DNA of 63,021 nt, filler included, from Dimorphilus gyrociliatus (Eukaryota > Animalia > Annelida), in assembly GCA_904063045.1 (NCBI GenBank). It is 6 parts of 6 records of this genome, joined end to end, with 100 filler letters (N's around TTAATTAATTAA, not from the genome) between each part and the next. Parts side by side here need not be neighbours in the genome. Positions count along the whole stretch, not along the records: positions 1 to 7,776 come from CAJFCJ010000300.1; positions 7,877 to 23,729 come from CAJFCJ010000150.1; 4 more parts are not named here. The stretch is one strand, 5' to 3'. A model generated the notes under the pieces. The model saw only the letters and a list, made by a program, of their open reading frames with translations. It ran no database searches and was not told where the DNA came from. This document shows, one piece after another, positions 1 through 9,895 of this stretch (position 1 is its first letter; every line of letters starts with the position of its first letter). A program made the position numbers and the translations under genes.

Positions 1-523
1 TATCTAAATTGGAGTTTTTCTTGAAAATTCAAAAAGTATAAAGATTGTTTTTTTTTAAGTTAAAACCAAGTCATTACGTATCGACCCCTTTCTTGTCATA
101 TTTAATTGATTTGAACCTCAAAATTATACCATCTATATTTTAATTTACTACTAAATTTCTATCGATTTTACATTTTTTACAAAATGATTTTTTTGAAACA
201 CTTAATTCAATCAGCCGGAAAAAATGCTCAAATTAGTTATTTTCTGTAATTCCAACCTTGTTATTTACATTAAAGATAATATAATCCAATTTTAAGGGTA
301 CCGAAGGGATTTTTACCATTATTTAATTCATATATTAAAGTATTTATATTAATGTATGTTTTAAAAAATGATTTTACTAGATTAAACCTGTTTATTTATT
401 AATTAATTAAATAGAAATAAACAAATTTTTTATTATTTTTGACATATGGTTTATAAATAAAAAATATATAAAATAATTGAATTTAAATTATTTTAATACA
501 AAAATATTATTTGAAATCCTAAA

Positions 524-1513
524 ATGAAAAATAAAAAAGAAACCATAAAAGATTATACAAATATAAAAAAAGATTATACAAATATAAGAAAAGAGAATAT
601 AAAAGAAGAAGAGAAAAAACAAATCATAAAAGAATATACAAATATAAAACAAGAAGATAAAAATAAAGAAAATAATTTAAATAATTTTGAAATTTTTGTA
701 AATTTTAGAAAAAAAATAGAAAAATTAAAAAAAATAAAAAATGAACTTAAAATTTTATTTTTGAATAAAAAAAAATTAAGCTATCAAATAAAAGTTATAG
801 AGGATATTTTAAAAATTCAAAATACAATAAGTTTTTTATCAAAAAATAATGAAAAAAAAGATTTAATTTATAATTTTTACAAAATAAATAAATTTTTAGA
901 AAAAATAAATAATATTGAATTTTCAAATGAGATTTTTATAAAGAATGTTATAAAAGAATATAAAATTAATTGTAAAGAATTAAAATTAAGTTTAAATTTT
1001 ATAATAAATAGAATTAAAAAAATAACAATTGAATATTTTTATAATGAATCTGAATCTGAATGTTTATGTACAAATAATATTTTAATTGATATTTTAAAAA
1101 CATTTAATAAAGAAGAATTAGTAAAACCTAAACATCAATATTTAATTATTAGAAGAAAAGAATTAATAAAAAAGTTTTATCAAACTAAAATACCAACTAA
1201 TAATTTAATAGAAAAATTTATAATTCCTTTAGTAAATCAAGAATTGTTAATGTTTAAAAAAATATTTTCAATTGTTAAAGAAATTGAAGAAAAAGATAAA
1301 AAATTATTTAAAAGGTTCGTTTATTCTGTATTTAATAAGTATTTTGTTACTATTAATTTTACTATAGCAAAGGAATTAATAGATAAAAAAGTATTTTGTA
1401 TAAGTAGTAATAATGACTTAATAAACATTGAAATTGTTTTAATTATAAAATCTATTCTTAAAGATATAATAAATAATATTAAACCAAAGGAAGATGTTAT
1501 ATTTAATATATAA
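524..1513 (+). CDS. Hypothetical helical/coiled-coil protein (329 aa), microsporidian-type contig; possibly a diverged CATCHR vesicle-tethering subunit
   Basis: Long ATG-started ORF in a gene-dense region, with an N-terminal (K/E)YTNI(K/R) repeat. The CATCHR idea rests only on weak resemblance of FIIPLVNQELLMFKKIF...FKRFVYSVF to Sec10-like proteins. Confidence 0.6.
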   Translation: MKNKKETIKDYTNIKKDYTNIRKENIKEEEKKQIIKEYTNIKQEDKNKENNLNNFEIFVNFRKKIEKLKKIKNELKILFLNKKKLSYQIKVIEDILKIQNTISFLSKNNEKKDLIYNFYKINKFLEKINNIEFSNEIFIKNVIKEYKINCKELKLSLNFIINRIKKITIEYFYNESESECLCTNNILIDILKTFNKEELVKPKHQYLIIRRKELIKKFYQTKIPTNNLIEKFIIPLVNQELLMFKKIFSIVKEIEEKDKKLFKRFVYSVFNKYFVTINFTIAKELIDKKVFCISSNNDLINIEIVLIIKSILKDIINNIKPKEDVIFNI

Positions 1514-1569
1514 TATGTATATATTAGAACTTTTCTTATATATTATAAATAAATATAAAACACCCCTAA

Positions 1570-1704
1570 ATGAATCTTTCTGAAGAATTAGAATCTCTTT
1601 TAAATAAAATTGATAATTGTGAAAGTCTGTGTAGAAAATTAGAAAAAAAATCAAAAGTATTAAATCAATACATTTTTACTTCCTCAAAGAAAGAAAATCA
1701 ATAA
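1570..1704 (+). CDS. Small 44-aa ORF MNLSEELESLLNKIDNCESLCRKLEKKSKVLNQYIFTSSKKENQ, likely coiled coil
   Basis: Translated by hand; absent from the ORF track. CCCC at 1563-1566 lies 3 nt before the ATG, the same upstream signal seen at neighbouring genes. Leu/Ile heptad pattern. Confidence 0.5.
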   Translation: MNLSEELESLLNKIDNCESLCRKLEKKSKVLNQYIFTSSKKENQ

Positions 1705-1986
1705 AATATTTATTTTAATTAATTTATTTCACTAAAAATTTTTAAACAATAACATATTTGGTTTATGTAAGGAATAATTTGTTTTATTAATTTAGGTTAG
1801 GTTTTATTTTAAATTTTGCATTAATATTAATTTGTTTTTTTTTAATTTTAAAGCATTTTTTTAGGTTAGGTCTTATTTTTAATTTTTTAATTAATATTAA
1901 TAATTTGTTTTATTAATTTAGGTTAGGTTCTATTTTTAATTAATATTAATTTGTTTTTTAATTAATTTTAAAAACTTCCCTAATCG

Positions 1987-2900
1987 ATGTTAATTTTTGC
2001 AATAACTTATAACATTAATAATAAAATAAATGCTATCAATAGTTTATTAGATAGTACAAAAAGTTATAACTTCGACGTTCTATTTTTAGGATTACAAGAA
2101 AGTTATTTATTTTTTACTTCTGATTTTTATATAAAAAGTTGTATTAGAACAAAATATAAAAATTATAACTATGAGTTGATTAGAACTACAAGTCTTGTTA
2201 CAATTATAATTTCTAAATTTACTTTTAAATCGAAAAGTCGTTTTATTGGATTTGGTCCTCTTTTTTTGGGAATAAAGGTTTTCTAGAAACAGAAGTTAAA
2301 ATAAGAAATAGTAATATTATTTTCTGTAATTTACATTTAAAACCACACTTAAAAAACAATGAAATTCGTTTATATCAACTCAATTGTATATTAAACTTTC
2401 TAAAAAGTATAAAATATAAATTTTCAGTTATTTTAATAGCAGGAGATTTTAATTTTAGAATGAAAAAAGATAATTTAAACAGTTACAATAAATTATTAGA
2501 CCAAGGCTTTAATTATATAGAAAATAGTATTTTTAGAGAGAAAGAAATTAAATTTAAACCAACTTATAAATATGAAATTAATACTAAAAATTTATTAACA
2601 AATAGAATACCATCATATTGTGATAGAATTATTTATAAAGGATATAAAATTAAATGTGATTTCTATTCTAATATAGATATACATAAAAGTGATCATTTAC
2701 CTGTTTTAGGAAAGTATGAAATAGAAATTGAAAGAAAACAAAAATTAGAGTATGAAAAAATTTCAAATTATAATTTCCTAAGTGAGAAAATGTCTTGTTT
2801 ATACAATTTTATATATTTTTATAGATTTTTTATACTTTTTATAATTATTTTATTTTTACCTTTAAGTTTAAAAAGTATGAATTTAAGAAATATTGACTAA
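1987..2900 (+). CDS. Inositol polyphosphate 5-phosphatase (EEP fold) with C-terminal transmembrane tail, Inp54-like; split by a 1-nt indel near 2270
   Basis: Motifs TYNIN, LGLQE, (G)NKG, CNLHL, IAGDFNFR, FKPTYKY, RIPSYCDRIIYK and SDHLPV. Adding one base in the T7/G3 run at about 2261-2270 restores GNKG and joins both track ORFs. Hydrophobic FILFIIILFLPLSL near the C-terminus. Confidence 0.85.
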
Positions 2901-3134
2901 AAATAAAAAAAAACTATAAAAAGGTTATATTTAAATAAATATATAAGTTGATAATAAAAAATAATAAAAAATTAAAAATTAAAAATTAAAAATAAAAAAA
3001 AAACTATAAAAAGGTTATATTTAGATAAATATATAAGTTAAAAATAAATAATTAAAATTAAAAAAATTAAAAAGTTAAAAATAAAAAAATAAAAAAATAA
3101 AAAAATTATAACTAAAAAAAATAAAATTCAAACC

Positions 3135-4008
3135 ATGACAAACACTTATAAAAAAATAGAAAAAATTGGAGAAGGTACTTATGGTATTGTTTACAAAGCA
3201 ATCAGAAAGCAGGATAACGTTTTAGTTGCTCTCAAGAGAATAGAATGGAGAATGAGGACGAGGATGAAGGTGTACCTGCCACAACCATTAGAGAGATTTC
3301 TATACTTAAAAGTATTGATAATGAAAATATTATTCCTGTTTTAGATGTATTATACTTTAATGAGAAATTGTATATAGTATTTGAGTATATGGAATCTGAT
3401 TTAAGAAAATTTTTAGATAATTATTTTTCAAATTCTGAAAATCTTAAAACTTCAGATATAAAGAGTATAGGATATCAAGTATCATCAGCTATAGCTTATT
3501 TACATAAGAGAGGTATTTTTCATAGAGATATCAAACCACAGAATATTTTAATAAATAGTCAAAAAAAAGTAAAACTAGCAGATTTTGGTTTAGGAAGAAC
3601 AATAGCAACACCATTAAGAACTTTTACTAAAGATGTTATAACATTGTGGTATAGACCACCAGAATTACTATTAGGTGCTAAACATTATTCTTTTCATATA
3701 GATATTTGGGGACTTGGTTGTATTTTGGCAGAACTTTTTACTTTAAGACCTATTTTTCAAGGAGACTCAGAAATAGACCAAATTTTCAAAATATTTGGAG
3801 TTTTAGGAACTCCCAATACGGAAATTATGTTAAAGTACAGGAATTATGATTCAAGAAATACCAAATTTCCTATAAAGGAAGCAGTGAGATTAGAACCTAT
3901 TTTTAATTATGATAAAACATTTATTAATTTATTTAAAAATTAGTAGAATATGATCCTATATTAAGATTAGATGCTGTTAGTGTTTTAAAACACGATTTCT
4001 TTAAATAA
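3135..4008 (+). CDS. Cyclin-dependent kinase (CDK1/Cdc28-like) with PATTIRE helix; two 1-nt indels (about 3240 and 3937)
   Basis: GEGTYGIVYKA, VALK, GVPATTIREI, HRDIKPQN, DFG, TLWYRPPE, DIWGLGCI and FQGDSEIDQ. The shifted frame after about 3937 reads KLVEYDPILRLDAVSVLKHDFFK*, a normal CDK C-terminus. Confidence 0.9.
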
Positions 4009-5205
4009 AAAAATATAAAATATACAAATTTAGTGATATATAATTTTAATAGACATTTTAAAAAATAATAATTAAATTAAAACTAATTACTTATTTTTAT
4101 ATAATTTAAATTAAAATATTTATTTGATTATCCACTAAAAAAGTACTAAATTGCTAAAAAACACTCTTTGATAAATTATTAATGAATTTTATTCAATTCA
4201 TGTAATTAGACAATTTAATTATTAGAGTACTATTAAAGATAAAAGAATATTTAAAAATGATGAAAATAAGTTAATTTATATTGATTTAAAATAGTAAAAT
4301 TAAGAAGTTTTAATAATAATTTTTTTTAAAGATAATTTTACTATTAACACACAGATTCCTCAAAAAACAATATTTACATATAAAAATATATAATAAATAA
4401 ATACTATATAATATACGAGATTTTTAGTTAAAAATGTATATTTTAATTAAGAAAATAATAAAAAGTTATATTTAATACTTGGATTATAGAATGACTGATA
4501 AAAGTCAATAAAATAAAGTTAAATAAATTTTAAAAGCCTTAATCAGGTCAATTTATATTAAATGACTGATGTAAATTAGAAAAAAGCTACGTTGTATACC
4601 AAATGAATTTTTATTCTCCAACAATAAAAATATTTTAGATAAAATCCAAGTTATTATAAGTTTAAAATACAACCAATCTTTTCTAATATGAACAATAGAT
4701 CTCAAAAAGAAATAAAAAATAACTTTTTTTATTCTCATTAAAAATTTTTATTTTCATTAATTTAAAATTTTTAATTATTTATTATCATTTTGTTTGTATT
4801 TCTCATAGAATTCCTATATTTTTTAGGTAATCCTCTTCGGATAAACACATTTTCTAATAACAACTGAATTTTTTAAATTTTTTAATTTTTATTTAACAAT
4901 TCATTTGGATAGAGAGGTTTTAAAGTTTTGAAAATTATTTTAGTTATCTCTATTAAATATAGGTGTTTATTTAATAATGAAATAACATTATATATTTTAT
5001 TCTATATATTTATTAAAAAAGTGTAAATGTTCATATAAAAGATTTTATCACGTAAAAAGGTATTTCTATAATTCTTGATTTTTAAAAATAATTTATTACA
5101 AAAAATTCAATAAACATTAATAAAAATATAAACACTAGAGAGTGTATAAAAAATATATAAAAAATTCAATAAACTTTAATAAAAATATTGAATTTCAATA
5201 AAACT

Positions 5206-6753
5206 TTAGAAGTAGCTATACTTATTTTTACCTCTAACAACAGCAATTTTTTGTTTCTTGAATATACTTTCTAGTATTTTCTTAATTTTTACTTCAAGAT
5301 TAAAATTTGATGGTTGAAGATTGCCGTATAATTTTAAAACATTTCTTTTGAACATTTTTTCTATTTCAATATCAGATGGTATTTTATCGTATACTTTATT
5401 AGTTGAAGGTACTTCAAAATTATTATCATTACTTTTTATTTCTTGATACGAATAGTCTTTTAAATTAGTATAAAATTGACTTTCTTCCTTTAGGTTATCA
5501 TAATTATTAGGATCATTATAATATTCTAACTCACTTAATATACTTTCTTTAATGTTATTAGATACCATACCTTCTTTGCCTGGTATCATAAAATCTACTG
5601 GGGTATTTACATATTTGATTGATGATTTATCCAATTTTTCACTATTTATCGCTTCTCTCATGCTTTTAATATATTCTTTACATTCATTGTTTTTCTCTTT
5701 ATCTATTCCCATATAGTTTATAATAGTATAATGTCTTTTTTGGTATCTTAGCTTTACAACTTTTTTTAATAACAAATTAGTATCTAGTTTTATACAACCT
5801 GATTCTATATAAGATTCTAAATGGAGAAAAACAATACCTACCTTTTTCTTGAAACTCCATCTACGATGATCGGTCCATCTTTTAATAGAATCACTACAGA
5901 ATACAAACGTAGAACCTGATTTTATTTTTTCTTTCTCTCTTAAAGTTAATCTTTTGTATAGAATAAGATCTTTTTGTAAATGTTGAAAAAAAACCTTAAT
6001 AAAATCTTTTGGGGTATGTAAACAATCAAGTTCTATTCTATTTGTAAAATTTATATCCATTAATTCATTTTTTATATATTTTTGGTTGATAAGATTTGGA
6101 TTTATACATTTTGTATTTAAAACAGGTTTTTTTTGTTTAGAACTTATAAAAGACATGTTATTATCTTCAAAAATAGCATTATTTTGATCTAATAAATCTT
6201 TTACTGAATTTTTATTATTTATTTTATCTTGATTGTTTTTTATATTGTAATTAAATTGATCATTTAAATTTTCATCAAAAACGTTGATTTTATTATTTAT
6301 AAATCTATCATCAAAAGTTTGATTTTTAAAATCAATATCGTTTATAAAATTTGATTTAGGATTGGTATTTTTATAATTATAATCAATATCGTTTATAAAA
6401 TTTGAATTGATATTTTTATAATTATAATTAATATTTTGTCCTCTAAAATTTGAATTAGTATTTTTAAAATAGTTTATATCATTTTCAAAGAAATCTTCAT
6501 CTTTTTCAAAATTACTTTGTTTGGATATTTTAAATTTCTCATTATTAGGCTGTTCACGTGGCACATCTAAATTACACAGTGAAATGTTAGAACTACTTTT
6601 TAAACCTAAATTAATTTTTAGATCAATTTGTTCTTCTTTAATAAAATGATGATCTGAATCAAAGCCTATATTATTGTTTAAGTTAATGATAAATTTATCA
6701 TTAGAATAATCAAGAGATTTTAATTTCTTCTGATTTTCCTTTTTTCGACCCAT
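5206..6753 (-). CDS. Gti1/Pac2 (WOPR-domain) transcription factor with Asn-rich low-complexity N-terminal half
   Basis: KRLTLREKEKIKSGSTFVFCSDSIKRWTDHRRWS matches the fungal WOPR signature (R..ER..I.SGSVFVF....IKRWTD...WS). First ATG is at 6753 (MGRKKEN). Confidence 0.75.
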   Translation of the reverse strand: MGRKKENQKKLKSLDYSNDKFIINLNNNIGFDSDHHFIKEEQIDLKINLGLKSSSNISLCNLDVPREQPNNEKFKISKQSNFEKDEDFFENDINYFKNTNSNFRGQNINYNYKNINSNFINDIDYNYKNTNPKSNFINDIDFKNQTFDDRFINNKINVFDENLNDQFNYNIKNNQDKINNKNSVKDLLDQNNAIFEDNNMSFISSKQKKPVLNTKCINPNLINQKYIKNELMDINFTNRIELDCLHTPKDFIKVFFQHLQKDLILYKRLTLREKEKIKSGSTFVFCSDSIKRWTDHRRWSFKKKVGIVFLHLESYIESGCIKLDTNLLLKKVVKLRYQKRHYTIINYMGIDKEKNNECKEYIKSMREAINSEKLDKSSIKYVNTPVDFMIPGKEGMVSNNIKESILSELEYYNDPNNYDNLKEESQFYTNLKDYSYQEIKSNDNNFEVPSTNKVYDKIPSDIEIEKMFKRNVLKLYGNLQPSNFNLEVKIKKILESIFKKQKIAVVRGKNKYSYF

Positions 6754-7546
6754 TATTAAATAAACGATTAAATTTTTAAATAAATACAAATATACTAAAT
6801 ACGAGTGTTAATTACAATAAAATTGTTAAAAACATAGAAATTTAAATTAACAAAGTTTTAAATTATTTTTTTTAATTTAGACATGTTGATCGTTTAAGGA
6901 TTAACTAAAATAATTATTTAACAATAAATGAGTGATTGAGTTATTTTATATTAAACTATAAATAAAAGTATAATTAAAAGTTTTTAAGTATGAAATTGAA
7001 GTAAAAGTATAATTACTAATTTTTAAGTACTAAATTCAAATAAAAGTATAATTAAAAAAAATTTATTTAGTGTTAAATTCAAATAAAAATTCAAACTTTT
7101 AAAATTAGAAAAAAATTTATCAGTATTAATTTCTTTTATTAATGGAAAAATAAATTTTTTTTTAAAAGATCAGTGAATTTCAATTAAAAAACGACATATG
7201 ATGGAATTAATAAAAAAAAATTAAAGTTTAATAAAACAGTAAAAAAACAATTTTATAATAAATTTAAATAAATTAATTTTAAATTAAAAACTTCATAACA
7301 AAAAAAATAATCAAATACTTTAGTCAAAAATATTATAAAAATGTTGTATGTAATTGACACTCCTATGTTATGGGTCGGGATCGATATAACGTTTTGAAAT
7401 AAACCAAATAAGACATACTTATATTTTAACTTTGCTCTAAATAGAGAAAGGGTCTAGTATATAATTAACACCCCTACCTAATTATCATGAAAGAGTTTCT
7501 ATATATGGAAGGGATACAAAATAATTAAAAAGAAATTAATAATTAG

Positions 7547-7776
7547 TATAGTATATTAAACCTTATTCAAGCCCATATAACTAAAATTACACCGGAATCA
7601 GTAAAACAAGAAATATTAAACTATTTACAATATAAAAAATATAAAGAAGGCCTTAGTAAAGACCAAAAAAGGAATTTTAGAACAAAGGTTAAAGATATTA
7701 AATTGGGGAATAATGTTCTTAAAATAAACGACATCCACTTATATAAAATAGTAGTTTGTCAATATGAATTTGAAAA
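7547..7776 (+). mobile_element. Partial Ty3/Gypsy- or Ginger-type integrase N-terminal region, running off the contig end
   Basis: Open frame without ATG reads EILNYLQYKKYKEGLSKDQKRNFRTKVKDIKLGNNVLK, resembling the YL...YP...K..KR..R segment before the HHCC zinc finger of Gypsy-like integrases. Catalytic core not in the window. Confidence 0.4.
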
Positions 7777-7876
7777 NNNNNNNNNNNNNNNNNNNNNNNN
7801 NNNNNNNNNNNNNNNNNNNNTTAATTAATTAANNNNNNNNNNNNNNNNNNNNNNNNNNNNNNNNNNNNNNNNNNNN
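7777..7876. other. Artificial contig spacer
   Basis: 44 N + TTAATTAATTAA (stops in all six frames) + 44 N. Confidence 0.98.
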
Positions 7877-8505
7877 GTAATTTTGGTAGAAATAATTCAA
7901 CAAAATACCAGTATTTCGTCCAAAGAATATGTATTGAGTAAATGAGTTTCTAGTTCTAAACAAGTAAGTTTAAACAACCAGTTAACTGTTAAAGAACTGA
8001 ACTGACAAGCTGAGGAAATGCATTTCCTTTTATACATTTCCAAAGCTTGGGTTCAAGTGGTCAAAGGATTACAAAGTTGAAATCTGATGGTCTCATAATT
8101 CTCATGTAACAAAAATATGAAAAACTGTTATATCACACATATAAAATATAATCCTAAGATTAGGGCCACATGTCAAACATGTGCTGCAGTAAACAGGCCT
8201 GCCTCATCAGCATCTGGTATTTGACCTGCATCTTTTCCATGTTCTTTGTTCCTTTGTTAATTCCCAATTAGCCACCATCTGTTACAGTCAAGAGTCTATT
8301 TCTTACGAAATAGAGTTCTTTCTAAAGTACTAAAAGCTAACTCTACAAAATAAAAGTCTTTCTAAAGTTCCACCACTATAATTCCTATGAAATATAAGTA
8401 TTTCTATAGTTGCACCAGTCTAATTCTTATAAAATAGAAGTCTTTCTAATGTACCCTTATATCTAAAGTCTAAGTATTGATATATTATTATATCTAAGTG
8501 CACAT
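7877..8505. repeat. Copy of a dispersed repeat family shared by the animal-type contigs 2, 5 and 6
   Basis: GTAATTTTGGTAGAAAT...CCAGTATTTC...GAATATGTATTGAGTAAATGAG...TAGTTCTAAA recurs at about 21680-21790 and 61960-62450. Further family segments occur at 21538-22040, 45160-45290, 53985-54190 (inverted), 61826 and 62963. Confidence 0.85.
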
Positions 8506-9051
8506 TGAAAAAAACAGAAAACTGAGCCCAGCAGTTTCTAAGCTGATATAGCCATATTGAATCCTATTTGGGTGAAGACACAAACTATATCAAAGAATAT
8601 ATCCTTCTTTCAGAATCATAAAGATTTGTCAATACTTCATCTTAGGCTACAACTTTTTTTCAAAAAGTCTTCTTTTTCTGCAGTTTACTTTTAGAGTAGC
8701 TTGGAAAGATGATTCACTCTCACCTCTTTTGATCTCCATTAGCATCATGAGGAATCATATTGCACAAATCTTTTTGTACTCAACCTCCTTTAGCATCTTC
8801 CCCAAATCTTCTTGTCAAGTATACAATTGTTTGTGGATTGCTCTCTGAGAAATAGTCTGATCTTTCCTGCTGACTCTGTTGATTGTTTCTCTGCTGTAAT
8901 CATCTGCAGATTTCTTTGGGTGAACAGATTTTAGTAAGTCTTCAAAGTTTTTTCTTCATTTTTTAAGTCAAATGACAACCACCACTCATAGTCTTGTACT
9001 GCTCTTGCTGGCAAAATCTATGCGTTTGCAAGTTATAACAATAACTTTAAA

Positions 9052-9611
9052 TGTTTAAATTAAAACAGTTTATTCGCAATAATAATACTTAAGCAAGTAA
9101 CAATATGAGAGTTCGATAGCAGAGTAGGATAGTTCGTAAAAGCAGGTTGCCATATTACCAAACTGTCTTCCAATGTTGAGGAGTAGATGGATGGTTCCAG
9201 TGGAGGTTGTTTCCAGATGATTTTCCCAGGTCCTTGGGTCCAGATGGAAGCTGCATGCCAAATGAGAATAGTGAGGATTTATATACTTTGAGGTTTGTCT
9301 CTGACATCCAATCATCACTTTACAGTTGCCAAAATGTGTAGTTCATATTTATCTTTAGTAACAGGATATTACAAGGTTCAACATTTAGGAAGGTTAATTG
9401 AATTATAACTTGGCCACACCCTAGGCAAGTTAATTAAATTATAACTTGGCCAAACCTTTATTGGTAATTAAAGATGAGCCTTCAAGCTGACTAATCAGAC
9501 TTATGTTTGGCCAATGTTATAGCATTTTCTTGCGTAGGTTTTAAGATGTACATGTATAAGTTGCATAAAATAATAGAGTTCAAGCATGTAAAATATAACC
9601 AAAGTTGTACA
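9052..9611 (-). repeat. About 560-bp dispersed repeat with LTR-like features
   Basis: Reverse-complement homolog of 22984-23542; partial copy at about 44860-45150. TG...CA-bounded core, but no TSD, and homology extends past the core. Confidence 0.6.
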
Positions 9612-9687
9612 GTCTCATTCTAAATATACCTTCTAATCCATATATAAATTTTCATTGAATGGGCCCTCTCATAAACTAAATGTGCAA

Positions 9688-9895
9688 GGGATCAACAGAA
9701 AACAGCCCCAAGAAGGATATTTGAAGGCAGCATTTTGGGTTAAGAAATGGTTAGGTGGAAAAAAGCATTTATTGATTTGTAGTTAAGGGGGTCCCATCTA
9801 AGGTTTAGGAGTAATGAAAAAGGGTTAGGGATACATTTGGGATGGTTTAAGGTTAGGGTAAAACCATGCTTTTGGGGCTGTTTTTTGTCGCATCC
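9688..9895. mobile_element. Mutator-type MITE, 208 bp, with perfect 9-bp TSD AATGTGCAA
   Basis: TSD at 9679-9687 and 9896-9904. G-starting imperfect TIRs (GGGATCAACAGAAAACAGCCCC / GGGGCTGTTTTTTGTCGCATCC) and internal GGGTTAGGG motifs. Confidence 0.85.

Noticed and set aside
1-340. Degenerate minus-strand coding remnant (MVKIPSVPLKLDY..., KKGVDT)
   Set aside because: Multiple stops and too short to assign.
4553-4900. Possible minus-strand membrane-protein gene
   Set aside because: Only short frames separated by stops, with no motif or clear start signal; left uncalled.
7821-7832. Recurring TTAATTAATTAA palindrome as a biological site
   Set aside because: Always centred in exactly 44+44 N; it is a six-frame-stop assembly linker.
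9070-9318. ORF also present at 23246-23524, suggesting a conserved small gene
   Set aside because: Both lie in copies of one dispersed repeat and the frames diverge through indels, so there is no coding constraint.
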